Source of the DNA: Polyangiales bacterium
Lineage (GTDB): Bacteria > Myxococcota_A > Polyangia > Polyangiales > Houyiibacteriaceae
Assembly: GCA_045106895.1 (NCBI GenBank)
Contig: JBGCFM010000039.1
Coordinates: forward strand, 1-64,000
Length of the DNA: 64,000 bases
Direction of reading: 5' to 3'
Made by a program: the position numbers and the translations under genes. Below, in pieces: positions 51,125 through 60,537 of this stretch. The stretch's first letter is position 1; each line of letters starts with the position of its first letter. The notes below the pieces were generated by a model that was not told where the DNA came from, searched no databases, and was given only the letters and a program-made list of their open reading frames with translations.

Positions 51125-52290
51125 CTCTGCCTCAAGACGCTACGTGTAGTGGTCCTCGAGTTTCCAACGGCGTCGCGAACGACAACGACGATATTCGTCA
51201 ATCCGGGGCGAACCTGCGTCGTCGAACGAAACGAACCGTCCGCATTCACTTGGGCTCTCGCACCATTGATGGTGAGCACAGCGCCAGGCTCCGTTCGTCC
51301 CGCCACGATGGCGCCCTCCTGAACGATCTGGCCGGGCGTCGGCGAACGAAGCGTGACCGTCGGCGGCGTTCGGTCGAGGACTACGTGGAAGTGGCCGTGG
51401 GCGCTTTCGTGGCCGTGGCCCAGCGGCGTGAGAGCGCGTACGGACCATTCGTAGTCGCCGCTAGAGAGCGTAAAGCGCGCGTGCGTCGCCGACACCTGGC
51501 GTTCAATGGGCTCGCTCGGCCCCCGTACCATGACCTCGTACTGGTCGACGGAAGCAACCGGCGACCATCGCAGCTGAACGCTCCCACGGGTGAGTATCTC
51601 CGCATCCGCGTCTGGCTGAAGGAGCTCGGCGGGCGCCGGCAAGTCCGCTCCTTCATCAACGATGACGCCATCCATACTGAGCTGAACGAAGCGTGATTCG
51701 TCGATGGCGCGCTCGGGGCCCCCGCCGACGGCGAGTCGCCCTCGCCCACTGAGCATCGCGATCTCGGCGATCTCCTCCCCAATCTCGATCCGCGCCTCAA
51801 CGTACCCGGCATCGCCCATCTCCGAACGGTTGAGTACGAGTTCGCCTGGAGGAAGTGCGACCTCCAGGCGTTCCACCCCGGCGTCTGCGTCGACACGCGC
51901 TCTCAAGCGCCCGGAGAGGTGCCGAAGGCGCCCCACGTTCGGCACCTGCGCTGGAATCCGCAACGTGGTGCGCGGTTCCATCACCGTGGAGACCCGCGCG
52001 GACTCAAAACTGATCGTCGCCCCGGCGAGGGCCATCGTTTGAACCGACTCGCCGGCGAAAAGAGCCTGACCAAGCGCCCCCTGGCTCCAGTTCGCCGTGG
52101 AGGCGAGCTGAACGCGCACATCGCCGACGAGCTCTGCGATGGACGCCGACGGGGGAAGCAGAGGTGTCGTGGCTTCGTCGGCGCCGGTTTCCGGCGACAG
52201 AACAACGCTGGAGTCGTCGCCACGCTCGCACGAAGAGAGGAACGCCACGAACGCGCCAAGGCACATCGCTCGCCTAAAACCGAAACGCAC
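51121..52290 (-). CDS. Lipoprotein with FecR-like, Fn3-like and Ig-like domains
   Basis: Lipobox LSSC; G.V....W....G..L..G..V.T FecR-like start; L.WSPV....YEV; DRTPP...GRTEPGA...DAVGN. Confidence 0.75.
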   Translation of the reverse strand: MRFGFRRAMCLGAFVAFLSSCERGDDSSVVLSPETGADEATTPLLPPSASIAELVGDVRVQLASTANWSQGALGQALFAGESVQTMALAGATISFESARVSTVMEPRTTLRIPAQVPNVGRLRHLSGRLRARVDADAGVERLEVALPPGELVLNRSEMGDAGYVEARIEIGEEIAEIAMLSGRGRLAVGGGPERAIDESRFVQLSMDGVIVDEGADLPAPAELLQPDADAEILTRGSVQLRWSPVASVDQYEVMVRGPSEPIERQVSATHARFTLSSGDYEWSVRALTPLGHGHESAHGHFHVVLDRTPPTVTLRSPTPGQIVQEGAIVAGRTEPGAVLTINGARAQVNADGSFRSTTQVRPGLTNIVVVVRDAVGNSRTTTRSVLRQR

Positions 52291-53923
52291 CGTTCACCTC
52301 CGCAAACCCTGAGAGCCACGGCTGTCCCCAGGCCCGGGTGCCCAAGTCGACTCCAAAGACACCGCCGATATCCACGCCGAACTCCACGGCCTCAAGTCGA
52401 AGCCGGGGCCCTGCCGAAACTCGACCCTGAAGGAACGCAGTATGACCGGAAGCGTCTCCCTCCCCGACGTGTGCACGGGCACGCCCATACCCACCGCCGA
52501 GAGCCACGCGAAGAGCCCCGCCGGCCCGTTCGCCAAACGCGGCCTCCGCCAGCGCAAAGACGCCCACTTCATGACGAGTCCCCGTCAGCGCGCCGATGGA
52601 AGAGTTCTGAGCGGTGGCGTGAAGCCTCACCCTTGTATATTCGGCGCCCACGCCCACGCGCAGCCAGGGCGCGCTCTGGTGCCAGAGCCGCGCAGCCGCC
52701 CCAAAGCCGGCGCGGCTCCACACGTCAAAGCTCCCCCGGAGCGCGAGCTCCAGGGCAAAACGAGGCTCTGGGCTCGGTGGAATGGCGACGGGCTGAGGAG
52801 CACGAATCCGGACGCGTCGAGCCGCAAGGGGAACCACTCTCCCATCGACGAGAGCGCCCACAACGATCGTCTGCGCGACCGGACCTGCCAGGGCGGGGCA
52901 CGAGAATGGCGCCGCCGCGTAGGGACCAGCTCCGCATCGAAGTCGGATTCGCTCCACGTCGACGGACGAGCCGTCCGCGCCATGGGCGCTTACATCCACC
53001 ACGAATGGCTCTCCATCCGCCACGGACTCAGGCGCTTCGACCTCAACCTCAACAGGCCAGTGCGCCGTGACTTCCAGTTCGACGGCGCGAAGAGGCTGAG
53101 CATCGATGCCAACGGACAAGTCCACGGATTCAGCCGACACGGGCGCGGAGAGCGCGACGGCGGCCGTTCCGTCGTCAAGCCAGCGAAGGCTCGTGAGGAC
53201 CCCGCGAGCGGATTCGATGTGGAGTGGGAGCGTGCTGCTCAGTCTCCCGCGGGCGTCCGCGGCGACGACAAAGGCAGCCTCCCTCGGCGGACCTCCAGCC
53301 TCGATGGCCATGTCTGCAGCGAGGACGAGCACCTGTGGCTCGCCGGAAGGGGAGCGCGGGGCGACTCCGGCGACTCCGACCATGGCGCCGCTGCGAACCA
53401 CCACACCGAGTACGCCACCCGGCACGTTCGCTGCCATGCGACCGTCGCCTACACTCTCGAGGACGATCTCACCTTCCATGGTTTGGACGACGCCGGAGAC
53501 ATCCTCGCGCAGGTCGGAACCAAGGACGACGACCTCCAGCCGGGAGCCGCGCCGTCGGGCGCGAATGGCGAGCTGGCCGCGATCGTCGAGTGGCACCGTC
53601 ACCGCGGATTGCGCGCCTTCGTACGTGGCCTGGAGAACGATGCGGTCGTGAGTCCCCCTGGGCCGCAAAAGCAACCACCGAACGCATGGTCCGGCTTGTT
53701 CCTCGACGATGACGTCCGCGGTGTCCGAACTCCACGCGATGGCTCGCTCCGCAGGCACGCACTCCCCGGTGTCGTCCTCCAAAACGGCCATCACACGTCG
53801 GCCATGCTCTGTTCCGGCTGGGCCAAAAGCATAAAGATGTTGGGCAGCGGCCTCGTGCGGCCAAAGCAGAAGCAGAACGCTCACAAAGCAGCACGCCAGC
53901 GTTGGGAAGCGTTGGCGGGACAA
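52274..53923 (-). CDS. Secreted protein with Ig-like repeats and C-terminal OM beta-barrel
   Basis: Signal peptide AAA-Q; Pro-rich hinge; amphipathic strands ending NGAFRF. Confidence 0.65.
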   Translation of the reverse strand: MSRQRFPTLACCFVSVLLLLWPHEAAAQHLYAFGPAGTEHGRRVMAVLEDDTGECVPAERAIAWSSDTADVIVEEQAGPCVRWLLLRPRGTHDRIVLQATYEGAQSAVTVPLDDRGQLAIRARRRGSRLEVVVLGSDLREDVSGVVQTMEGEIVLESVGDGRMAANVPGGVLGVVVRSGAMVGVAGVAPRSPSGEPQVLVLAADMAIEAGGPPREAAFVVAADARGRLSSTLPLHIESARGVLTSLRWLDDGTAAVALSAPVSAESVDLSVGIDAQPLRAVELEVTAHWPVEVEVEAPESVADGEPFVVDVSAHGADGSSVDVERIRLRCGAGPYAAAPFSCPALAGPVAQTIVVGALVDGRVVPLAARRVRIRAPQPVAIPPSPEPRFALELALRGSFDVWSRAGFGAAARLWHQSAPWLRVGVGAEYTRVRLHATAQNSSIGALTGTRHEVGVFALAEAAFGERAGGALRVALGGGYGRARAHVGEGDASGHTAFLQGRVSAGPRLRLEAVEFGVDIGGVFGVDLGTRAWGQPWLSGFAEVNGAFRF

Positions 53924-54304
53924 CTAGACCGCCCTTGCGGCGTTCGACGGCAAGCACCGGAGCATATCGACGAGGTCGTTGGGGCTAGCCGACTTATGCA
54001 GGTAGCCATCCGCTCCACCACCCGTCGCCAACATGCGCAGTTCGTGCTCTTCAACGCCGCTATAGAACACAACTTTCGTGCTCATGAGACACGGGTCGTC
54101 GCGGAGGAGATCGAGCACCTCGATGCCTCGAAGTCCCGGCATATTCATGTCCATCACCAAGATGTCCGGGTGCGTCGACGCCACCAGGTTGAGCACGCCG
54201 TAGGCGCGGTTGCTGACCTGCACCTCGAAGCCTGCCCGGATGAGAGTCCGAGACAATATCTTCGTCATGAGGAGGTCATCATCGACGAGGAGGATCCGTG
54301 TCAC
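53924..54304 (-). CDS. Single-domain response regulator
   Basis: ILLVDDD, PDILVMDMNMPG, FYS, GADGYLHK. Confidence 0.93.
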   Translation of the reverse strand: MTRILLVDDDLLMTKILSRTLIRAGFEVQVSNRAYGVLNLVASTHPDILVMDMNMPGLRGIEVLDLLRDDPCLMSTKVVFYSGVEEHELRMLATGGGADGYLHKSASPNDLVDMLRCLPSNAARAV

Positions 54305-54399
54305 CCTCGGGATGAACGGACGAAGCCCTCTTTGCTTGAGTGTTTTCGGTGACCCTCTTCCCGAAGTGTGGTCTCTTTTGCAGCGAGAAGAGAGGTTCG

Positions 54400-54732
54400 A
54401 TGGCGAAGAAACCCAAACACGTGGTCTGCACCCAGTGCCGACTTGGCCAGGATCAGGTCCTAAAAAAGTCGTTTCTCGGCTTCTTCAAGTTCGCCTGCGA
54501 GGAGTGCAAAAGCGAGAACACCTACCCGCTCTCGATGGGCTACGCGGTGATCTACGGCTTGGCGATTCTCATCGCTGTGGTCACCAGCGTGCGCGGCGAG
54601 TTTCGCTGCGGAATCCTGGCGATAGGCGGCGTCTTCGCCCTCGCCTTCGACTTCGGCATCCGCCGCCGGGCGAACGATGCCATGCAGAACGAGCGCTCCA
54701 AAGGCCAAGTCGTCGCCGACGTCTTCAAGTAG
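54400..54732 (+). CDS. Small Zn-ribbon membrane protein
   Basis: CTQC...CEEC followed by two TM segments; RBS GAGG. Confidence 0.7.
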   Translation: MAKKPKHVVCTQCRLGQDQVLKKSFLGFFKFACEECKSENTYPLSMGYAVIYGLAILIAVVTSVRGEFRCGILAIGGVFALAFDFGIRRRANDAMQNERSKGQVVADVFK

Positions 54733-54768
54733 ACGTCAACGGCGCAAACCAGACGCTAAACGCAGCGC

Positions 54769-56154
54769 TTAGAACGCTTCGGGCGTGGGCTCTTCTTCTT
54801 CCGCGTCACCGAGGTCTTCGGCGCCATGCGTGAGCTTCTTCAGAGGTCTCAGAGCGGCGATGACGACGACGCCGATGGCGGTACAGAACACGGCGACGCC
54901 GATGAAGATGGGCTTCTCGCCAGCGTCGCCCACGGCCGCTTCGCCGATGAGGCCAGCGACCTTGTTCCCGAGGCCCGTCGCGGCGAAGTAAGCGCCCATC
55001 ATGAACGAGGCGTACTTGATAGGCGCAAGCTTCGTGATGAAGCTGAGCGCCACGGGCGAAGCGCAGAGCTCGCCGATGGTGTGGAAGAGGTAGGCGAGGA
55101 CGAGCCATCCGAGCCAAGCCTGCTGGCCCGCTTCGTTTTCCATGGCGGCGGCGACCATGAAGAGGAAGCCCCAGCCCATGATCATCGTGCCAACGGCCAT
55201 CTTGAAGAGAGACGAGGACTCGTGCCCGCGCTTCTTCCACATGATCCAGAAGTTCGCGACGGGCACCGCGAGGAGAATGATGTACGCCGGGTTGAGGGAC
55301 TGGAACCACGTCGCCTGAACCTCGAAGGAGCCCATCATGAGGTCCGTCTTTTCGGCGGCGTAGAGGTTGAGCAAACCGCCGGCCTGCTCGAAGGCGCCCC
55401 AGAAACAGATGACGATGATGAAGGAGATGAAGAGCACGATCATGCGCTGCGTCTCTACCTTCGAGATGGGGCGCGCCGCGGCGGCGGCTTCGGCGGCGGA
55501 CGCCTCGGCGCCGGTCGTCAGATTCCCAACGGTCCGCAGATAGCGCTGGCCCCACATGTACACAGCCTGTCCGAAGAGCATGCCGATGCCGGCGAGGCCA
55601 AAGCCGTAGTGCCAGCCGTAGCTTTGACCGATGGTGCCCACGATGACGCCGCTCAGCACCGCACCAATGTTGATGCCCATGTAGAAGATGTTGAAGCCCT
55701 TGTCGCGACGCTCATCGCCGGTGGCGTAGAGGCCGCCGACCATCGTCGAGATGTTCGGCTTGAGAAGACCGACGCCGATGATGATGAGGCCAAGCCCCGA
55801 ATAGAACATCTCAATGCCGGGGAGCGCGAGGACGAGGTGGCCTGCGCAAAGCACCAGGCCGCCGATGAGCACGGCTTTCTTCTGGCCCGTGATCTTGTCG
55901 GCGATGAGGCCGCCGGGGATCGACGCGACGTAGACCAGCATCGTGTACCAGCCGTAAAGCGCGAGGGCTTCTCCCTCGGTCCAGCCGAGACCGCCCGCGG
56001 GGCCTTCCTGCGTCTCCGCGACAAGATAGAGCACGAGGAGCGCGCGCATTCCGTAGTAGCTGAAACGCTCCCAGAGCTCCGTGAAGAAGAGGATGTAGAG
56101 ACCCTTCGGGTGTCCGAAGAGCTCGTCGTCTTGGTTTGTCGTGGCGGTAGTCAT
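54769..56154 (-). CDS. POT/PTR proton-dependent oligopeptide transporter (DtpT-like)
   Basis: GHPKGL..LFFTELWERFSYYGMRA, GLLKPN, FYMGINIG, FQSLNP. Confidence 0.95.
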   Translation of the reverse strand: MTTATTNQDDELFGHPKGLYILFFTELWERFSYYGMRALLVLYLVAETQEGPAGGLGWTEGEALALYGWYTMLVYVASIPGGLIADKITGQKKAVLIGGLVLCAGHLVLALPGIEMFYSGLGLIIIGVGLLKPNISTMVGGLYATGDERRDKGFNIFYMGINIGAVLSGVIVGTIGQSYGWHYGFGLAGIGMLFGQAVYMWGQRYLRTVGNLTTGAEASAAEAAAAARPISKVETQRMIVLFISFIIVICFWGAFEQAGGLLNLYAAEKTDLMMGSFEVQATWFQSLNPAYIILLAVPVANFWIMWKKRGHESSSLFKMAVGTMIMGWGFLFMVAAAMENEAGQQAWLGWLVLAYLFHTIGELCASPVALSFITKLAPIKYASFMMGAYFAATGLGNKVAGLIGEAAVGDAGEKPIFIGVAVFCTAIGVVVIAALRPLKKLTHGAEDLGDAEEEEPTPEAF

Positions 56155-56161
56155 GAAAGAA

Positions 56162-57868
56162 TCAGTCTTGAGTGAAGTCGCGCTGGACGTAGAACTTGGC
56201 GCGAACGGCCATGAGTGCGCCGACGATGACGGCGGTCCAGCAGAAGAACCAGAAGAACTCGACTTGGCCGAAGCCGCCCTCGAGGTGCGATGCGATGTAG
56301 TCCTTGGCGCCGGTCAGAACCGTGACGAAGAGGTTGCCCAAGGTGATGGTGAGCATGAAGAGGCCCATGACGATGGACTTCATGCGCTTCGGTGCCTGGG
56401 TGTAGGCGAACTCCAGCGCAGTGATGGACACGAGGACCTCGCTGGTGGTGAGAATCAAGTACGCGAGAACCTGCCACCAAATGCTGACGGTGTTCGGCTC
56501 GCCGGCATCGATCTTCTGCTGGATGATGGCGGCGATGGCGAAGGAGCCGCCGGCCATCATCAAGCCGATGACCATGCGGCGCAGGGGTGTCCATTCGAAG
56601 CCCAGCTTTTTTGAGATTCGGTAGACGATGTTCATGACGGGGATGAGCCCCATGACCATGAGCGGGTTGGCAGCCGCGACCTGCGACGGCAGAACGTCGA
56701 CACCGAACATCGTGGTGTCCATGGCCCCGGCCTGGAGAATCCAGGTCGAGCCGTGCTGGTCGAAGATGGCCCAGAAGGCTGGGATGAAAATGAAGATGGT
56801 GCACACCTTGAAGACGGCGTGGGGCCCTTCGGCGGCGGCGAGACCAAAGCGTTCGATGGCCGGCGCCCAGAACTTCGACCAGAACTTGCTGGTCACGAGC
56901 GGGCTCTCAGGGTCGTCGGGCGTCTTTACCTCGTCCAGTTTGCGCGGGGCTCCAGGGGCTCCGCCAAGCTTCACTCGGAAGTTGTAGAGAAGGATGGCGA
57001 GGAAGCCGTCGTCTTCTTCGATGCGCTGACGGTAGGCAAAGACCGCGAGGCCGGCGATGAGGAACGCCGGGCTAAGGACGCCCAAACGAAGGACCCAGCC
57101 CCACTCCGCAGGAGTGACGAAGAAGTGCCCGATGGCGAGGAACATGATGCCGCCGGAGAGGGTGTCGAGCTTTCCAAGCTTTCCGCCGGGCTCCGGGGGG
57201 ACATGCACAAACTTGTGCCGCCCCATCCAGAAAAAGAACGTGGCTATGGCCATGAGCACGCCGGGAATTCCGAAGGCCAGGGAGACGCGCCAGAACTCGG
57301 TTCCGTCGCCGCGGATCCACGGAATCAACAGCGTCGCGAAGAACGAGCCGAAGTTAATGCTGAAGTAGAAAATCTGATAGATGGTCGGAACCTTGGACCA
57401 GTTGCCGCGGCCGAACTGGTCACCGACGTTCGCGGAGACGCAAGGCTTGATGCCGCCGGCGCCGATGGCGATGCACGCGAGGCCCGCATAAACCATATTG
57501 ATACGCATCGACGGGTCTGCGCTGAGGTCCGCCACGGCGAGGATGGCGTGTCCCACGCAGTACATCAGCGAGAGCCAGAGAATGGTTTTGTACTTGCCCC
57601 AAAAGCGGTCGGCGAGAATCGCGCCGATCATCGGGAACGCGTACACCGCGCCGGCGAAGATGTGATAGTTCACCGTCGCCTGATCCTGAGCCACAGACTC
57701 GGCGGCGCCGGTGAGCTGATACAGCGCCACCAGGTGAACGACGAGGATCGCCTTCATGCCGTAAAAGCTGAAGCGCTCGCACATCTCGTTGCCAACGATG
57801 TAAGGAACACCCTTCGGCCAGCCTGTGTTCTCATGGTCTGGCGAGGTACGCCATTGGGGATCGCTCAT
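56162..57868 (-). CDS. POT/PTR transporter, PepT1/SLC15-like subtype
   Basis: YIVGNEMCERFSFYGMKAIL, GGIKPCVSANVGDQF, FYFSINFGS, LEFAYTQAP..MKS. Confidence 0.93.
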   Translation of the reverse strand: MSDPQWRTSPDHENTGWPKGVPYIVGNEMCERFSFYGMKAILVVHLVALYQLTGAAESVAQDQATVNYHIFAGAVYAFPMIGAILADRFWGKYKTILWLSLMYCVGHAILAVADLSADPSMRINMVYAGLACIAIGAGGIKPCVSANVGDQFGRGNWSKVPTIYQIFYFSINFGSFFATLLIPWIRGDGTEFWRVSLAFGIPGVLMAIATFFFWMGRHKFVHVPPEPGGKLGKLDTLSGGIMFLAIGHFFVTPAEWGWVLRLGVLSPAFLIAGLAVFAYRQRIEEDDGFLAILLYNFRVKLGGAPGAPRKLDEVKTPDDPESPLVTSKFWSKFWAPAIERFGLAAAEGPHAVFKVCTIFIFIPAFWAIFDQHGSTWILQAGAMDTTMFGVDVLPSQVAAANPLMVMGLIPVMNIVYRISKKLGFEWTPLRRMVIGLMMAGGSFAIAAIIQQKIDAGEPNTVSIWWQVLAYLILTTSEVLVSITALEFAYTQAPKRMKSIVMGLFMLTITLGNLFVTVLTGAKDYIASHLEGGFGQVEFFWFFCWTAVIVGALMAVRAKFYVQRDFTQD

Positions 57869-58004
57869 CAAAAACTCCAGCGCCAGCGTCTGTCCTGGCG
57901 CGTGACTGCTTAGCGCATTAGACGCCTCGCGCTTCCCGAACCTGCGGACGGTGTGCAAAACACGAACACACGATAGAACGGAGGCGACCTGCTAAGTTCG
58001 CGAC

Positions 58005-59093
58005 ATGGGCAAGTCCGCGAGTGGCCGAGTGGCCGGCATCGACGTGGCGCGGGCCCTAGCAGCGCTCATCATGCTGCAAGGACATGCGACGGACGGCTGG
58101 GTGCGCCCCGAGCATGAGGATGCTGTTTTTCGTGCGTCACGCTTCTTGGGGACCTTTCCCCTGCCCGCGTTTCTGCTCCTGGCGGGCACGAGCGTTGCTT
58201 GGCGCGTAGCCATCGGCGAAGAGCGCGGCGAGAGCCCCCGCAAGATTGGCCGCGCCCTGACGCGTCGCGGACTCGGCCTTGTCCTCACCGGATACGTCGT
58301 CTCCTTCGCCTTTGCGCTGATGGATGGCGCGACAGCCGAGTTTCTGCCCACGCTGCTCCGAGCCGACGTGCTCCACGTCATTGGGGCGTCCATTGCGCTC
58401 GCCGGAGCGCTGGTTCCCGCGAGGGCCGACTTTGCGTCGAGCTTCGTCCGCCGCAGCGTGGCCTTCGGCATCGGCGTCACGATCCTCTGTCCACTCTTGC
58501 CGGCCTTCGACTTGCCGCTTCCGGCGGCGGCATTGGTAGGCGTCTTCGTCGACGCCGCGCCGGTCACCCGCATGCCCCTCGTACCGCTCTTCGCGTGGTT
58601 CGCCGCCGGCGCCCTCTGCACAAGCTTTATGCGTGGTGGGGCGACCTCTCCTTTTGCCCAAGTCGCCGGGACCACAAAGAAACGGCTCGCCGTCCTCGCG
58701 ATCATTGCGTCGGGCGCAGCCGCTGTAGGCTGGAACGGTATGAACACGCTGCATGAGGCCTTTGGCGGGACGCTGAGTCGGCAGCACATCGCCATCGTCG
58801 CAAATGTCCTCGACCTCGCCGGCCGGGGCGCGCTGGTTCTCGTCGTCGGCGCTGCGTTGGCGCCTTTTCTGTCCGCGCGCGTCCGATTTCATCTCGTGCT
58901 CTTGGGCCGAGGTTCGCTGACGGCCTACGTTGTTCACCTCCCCTTTTGTTATGGGCGTCTGGGCTCCCCGCTCCGCGCGTCACTGACCAGCGCGCAAGCC
59001 GTCCTCGGGATTCTCGTACTCGCGATGGGCACCTACGTCTGCGTGCGCGTCTGGCCCGCCCTCCGAGAAGGCATCTTGCGGCGCCGGTCGTAG
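58005..59093 (+). CDS. DUF1624/HGSNAT-like membrane acyltransferase
   Basis: R..GID.ARALA...M..GH, DVLH.IG, P..P.FAW, LGR.SL..Y..H. Confidence 0.8.
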   Translation: MGKSASGRVAGIDVARALAALIMLQGHATDGWVRPEHEDAVFRASRFLGTFPLPAFLLLAGTSVAWRVAIGEERGESPRKIGRALTRRGLGLVLTGYVVSFAFALMDGATAEFLPTLLRADVLHVIGASIALAGALVPARADFASSFVRRSVAFGIGVTILCPLLPAFDLPLPAAALVGVFVDAAPVTRMPLVPLFAWFAAGALCTSFMRGGATSPFAQVAGTTKKRLAVLAIIASGAAAVGWNGMNTLHEAFGGTLSRQHIAIVANVLDLAGRGALVLVVGAALAPFLSARVRFHLVLLGRGSLTAYVVHLPFCYGRLGSPLRASLTSAQAVLGILVLAMGTYVCVRVWPALREGILRRRS

Positions 59094-59179
59094 GTCCACG
59101 GGCCGCGACTTTCTTCGCGCCTTCCCACAACATGCGCTAGGCGTCAGGGACGATGGTCTGGCGACACAACGATGGGCTC

Positions 59180-60529
59180 ATGACGCACCGCCGCTGGCTC
59201 GTCGCTCTGATGGTCGTGGTCGGCAGCCTCGGCGCCTGCAGCGACACGAGCAATGCAGAGAGCGCCAGCGCGGCCCGTGAACCGGAGCCCGAGCCGGAAG
59301 AGCAGGCGCCGCGGCTACCGGGTTACCCCCTCATCGACGATTCCGTCTTGCGGCGGGCGCCGGAGCTCCTGGATCATCTCGTCCCAAGACTCAGGCCTGC
59401 GACGGGCCTGCGCTTTCGGAACCTCGTCTACGAGGCCAACAACGTGGACCTTCGCGGAGGCCGCACCGAACAGGAACTCTACGAAGACACCGGCGTTGAA
59501 ATCGCGGAGCGCTGGCGCGAGGGCGCCGCGGGTGTTCGTCGTGTCCTCGTGCTGAGAGACGCGCTCTTTTCGCAACAAGACCACCCCATCGACCACACCC
59601 CCGTGAGCATCATGATGCCAGCGAGCTGGATCAGCGTCGCGGTGCACATGGTGATGGAGGGCCAAGAGCTACACCCAGCCAGGGCACCTGAGCTCGATGA
59701 CGACGCGGCGTGGGCGGAGCTAGACACGCCTGCGCTCCTCTTCGGGAGCTTCCCACCGAGCGAGCGGCTCCACGAAGAGGCGACGAAACCGCGCACGGTG
59801 CTGGCACCGCAACGCCTGCGGGTGACGAACGCGCGCCGGAGCGTCGCAATGTTGGCGCAACAGTCACGCGCCATGTGTGACGCCGCCGGCGAAGGTCCGG
59901 AGGCCGTGGCGGCGGCCGGCGCGGAGGCCATCAGCTTCAGCGACCGCCTCTACTTCGGCGAGCGACTGCGGCGCGAGAACATCATCTTAGTCACCGTGGA
60001 GAACCCGACGCTCCATGAGCGCGTCGACGAAGCGAAGGGATTTCGTCCGCCACGGGGCACGCTCAGTGACGAAGCCATCGCGACCGCCGTCGACGCGCTG
60101 TATAGGCGGCGACTCGCCGATGGGGACGTGGGCATCGAGCGCGTGGACCTGAATCGAATGTCGGAACGTCGACACGCCGTGGCGCTTCTGGAACGACTCA
60201 TCCCCAAAGAAGACCCCGGCGACTCGCAGATCTGGCTCTACGTCCACGGCGGCCTTCGTGGCAGCGCCATCGAAGACGCGCTGAGCCATATGTATGGCTT
60301 TCGCCTTCAGCTCGAAGCCGGAAACGTGAACCTCAGCCGTCTCCGCCTCTTCGCCCGGCCGCCTGTTCCCATCGGCGGAAGCGACTTAGCCCGACAGCTC
60401 TGGCTCGGATCGCGACGCTTTCGAAACCATGACCTGCCCATGAGCCTCAACCTTGGAAGCGGTCTGCTGACGCGGCTCTTCGAGGAGCTGCGGCCCACTC
60501 TCCAGCGACGCATGGAAGACGACGACTAG
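59180..60529 (+). CDS. Hypothetical lipoprotein
   Basis: Lipobox LGAC; long ORF with coding-like composition; no family recognised. Confidence 0.65.
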   Translation: MTHRRWLVALMVVVGSLGACSDTSNAESASAAREPEPEPEEQAPRLPGYPLIDDSVLRRAPELLDHLVPRLRPATGLRFRNLVYEANNVDLRGGRTEQELYEDTGVEIAERWREGAAGVRRVLVLRDALFSQQDHPIDHTPVSIMMPASWISVAVHMVMEGQELHPARAPELDDDAAWAELDTPALLFGSFPPSERLHEEATKPRTVLAPQRLRVTNARRSVAMLAQQSRAMCDAAGEGPEAVAAAGAEAISFSDRLYFGERLRRENIILVTVENPTLHERVDEAKGFRPPRGTLSDEAIATAVDALYRRRLADGDVGIERVDLNRMSERRHAVALLERLIPKEDPGDSQIWLYVHGGLRGSAIEDALSHMYGFRLQLEAGNVNLSRLRLFARPPVPIGGSDLARQLWLGSRRFRNHDLPMSLNLGSGLLTRLFEELRPTLQRRMEDDD

Positions 60530-60537
60530 CCCGCGTT

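Noticed and set aside
52442..54352. 636-aa plus-strand ORF
   Set aside because: Arg/His-rich antisense shadow of two real minus-strand genes.
54826..56175. 449-aa plus-strand ORF
   Set aside because: Antisense shadow of the POT transporter.
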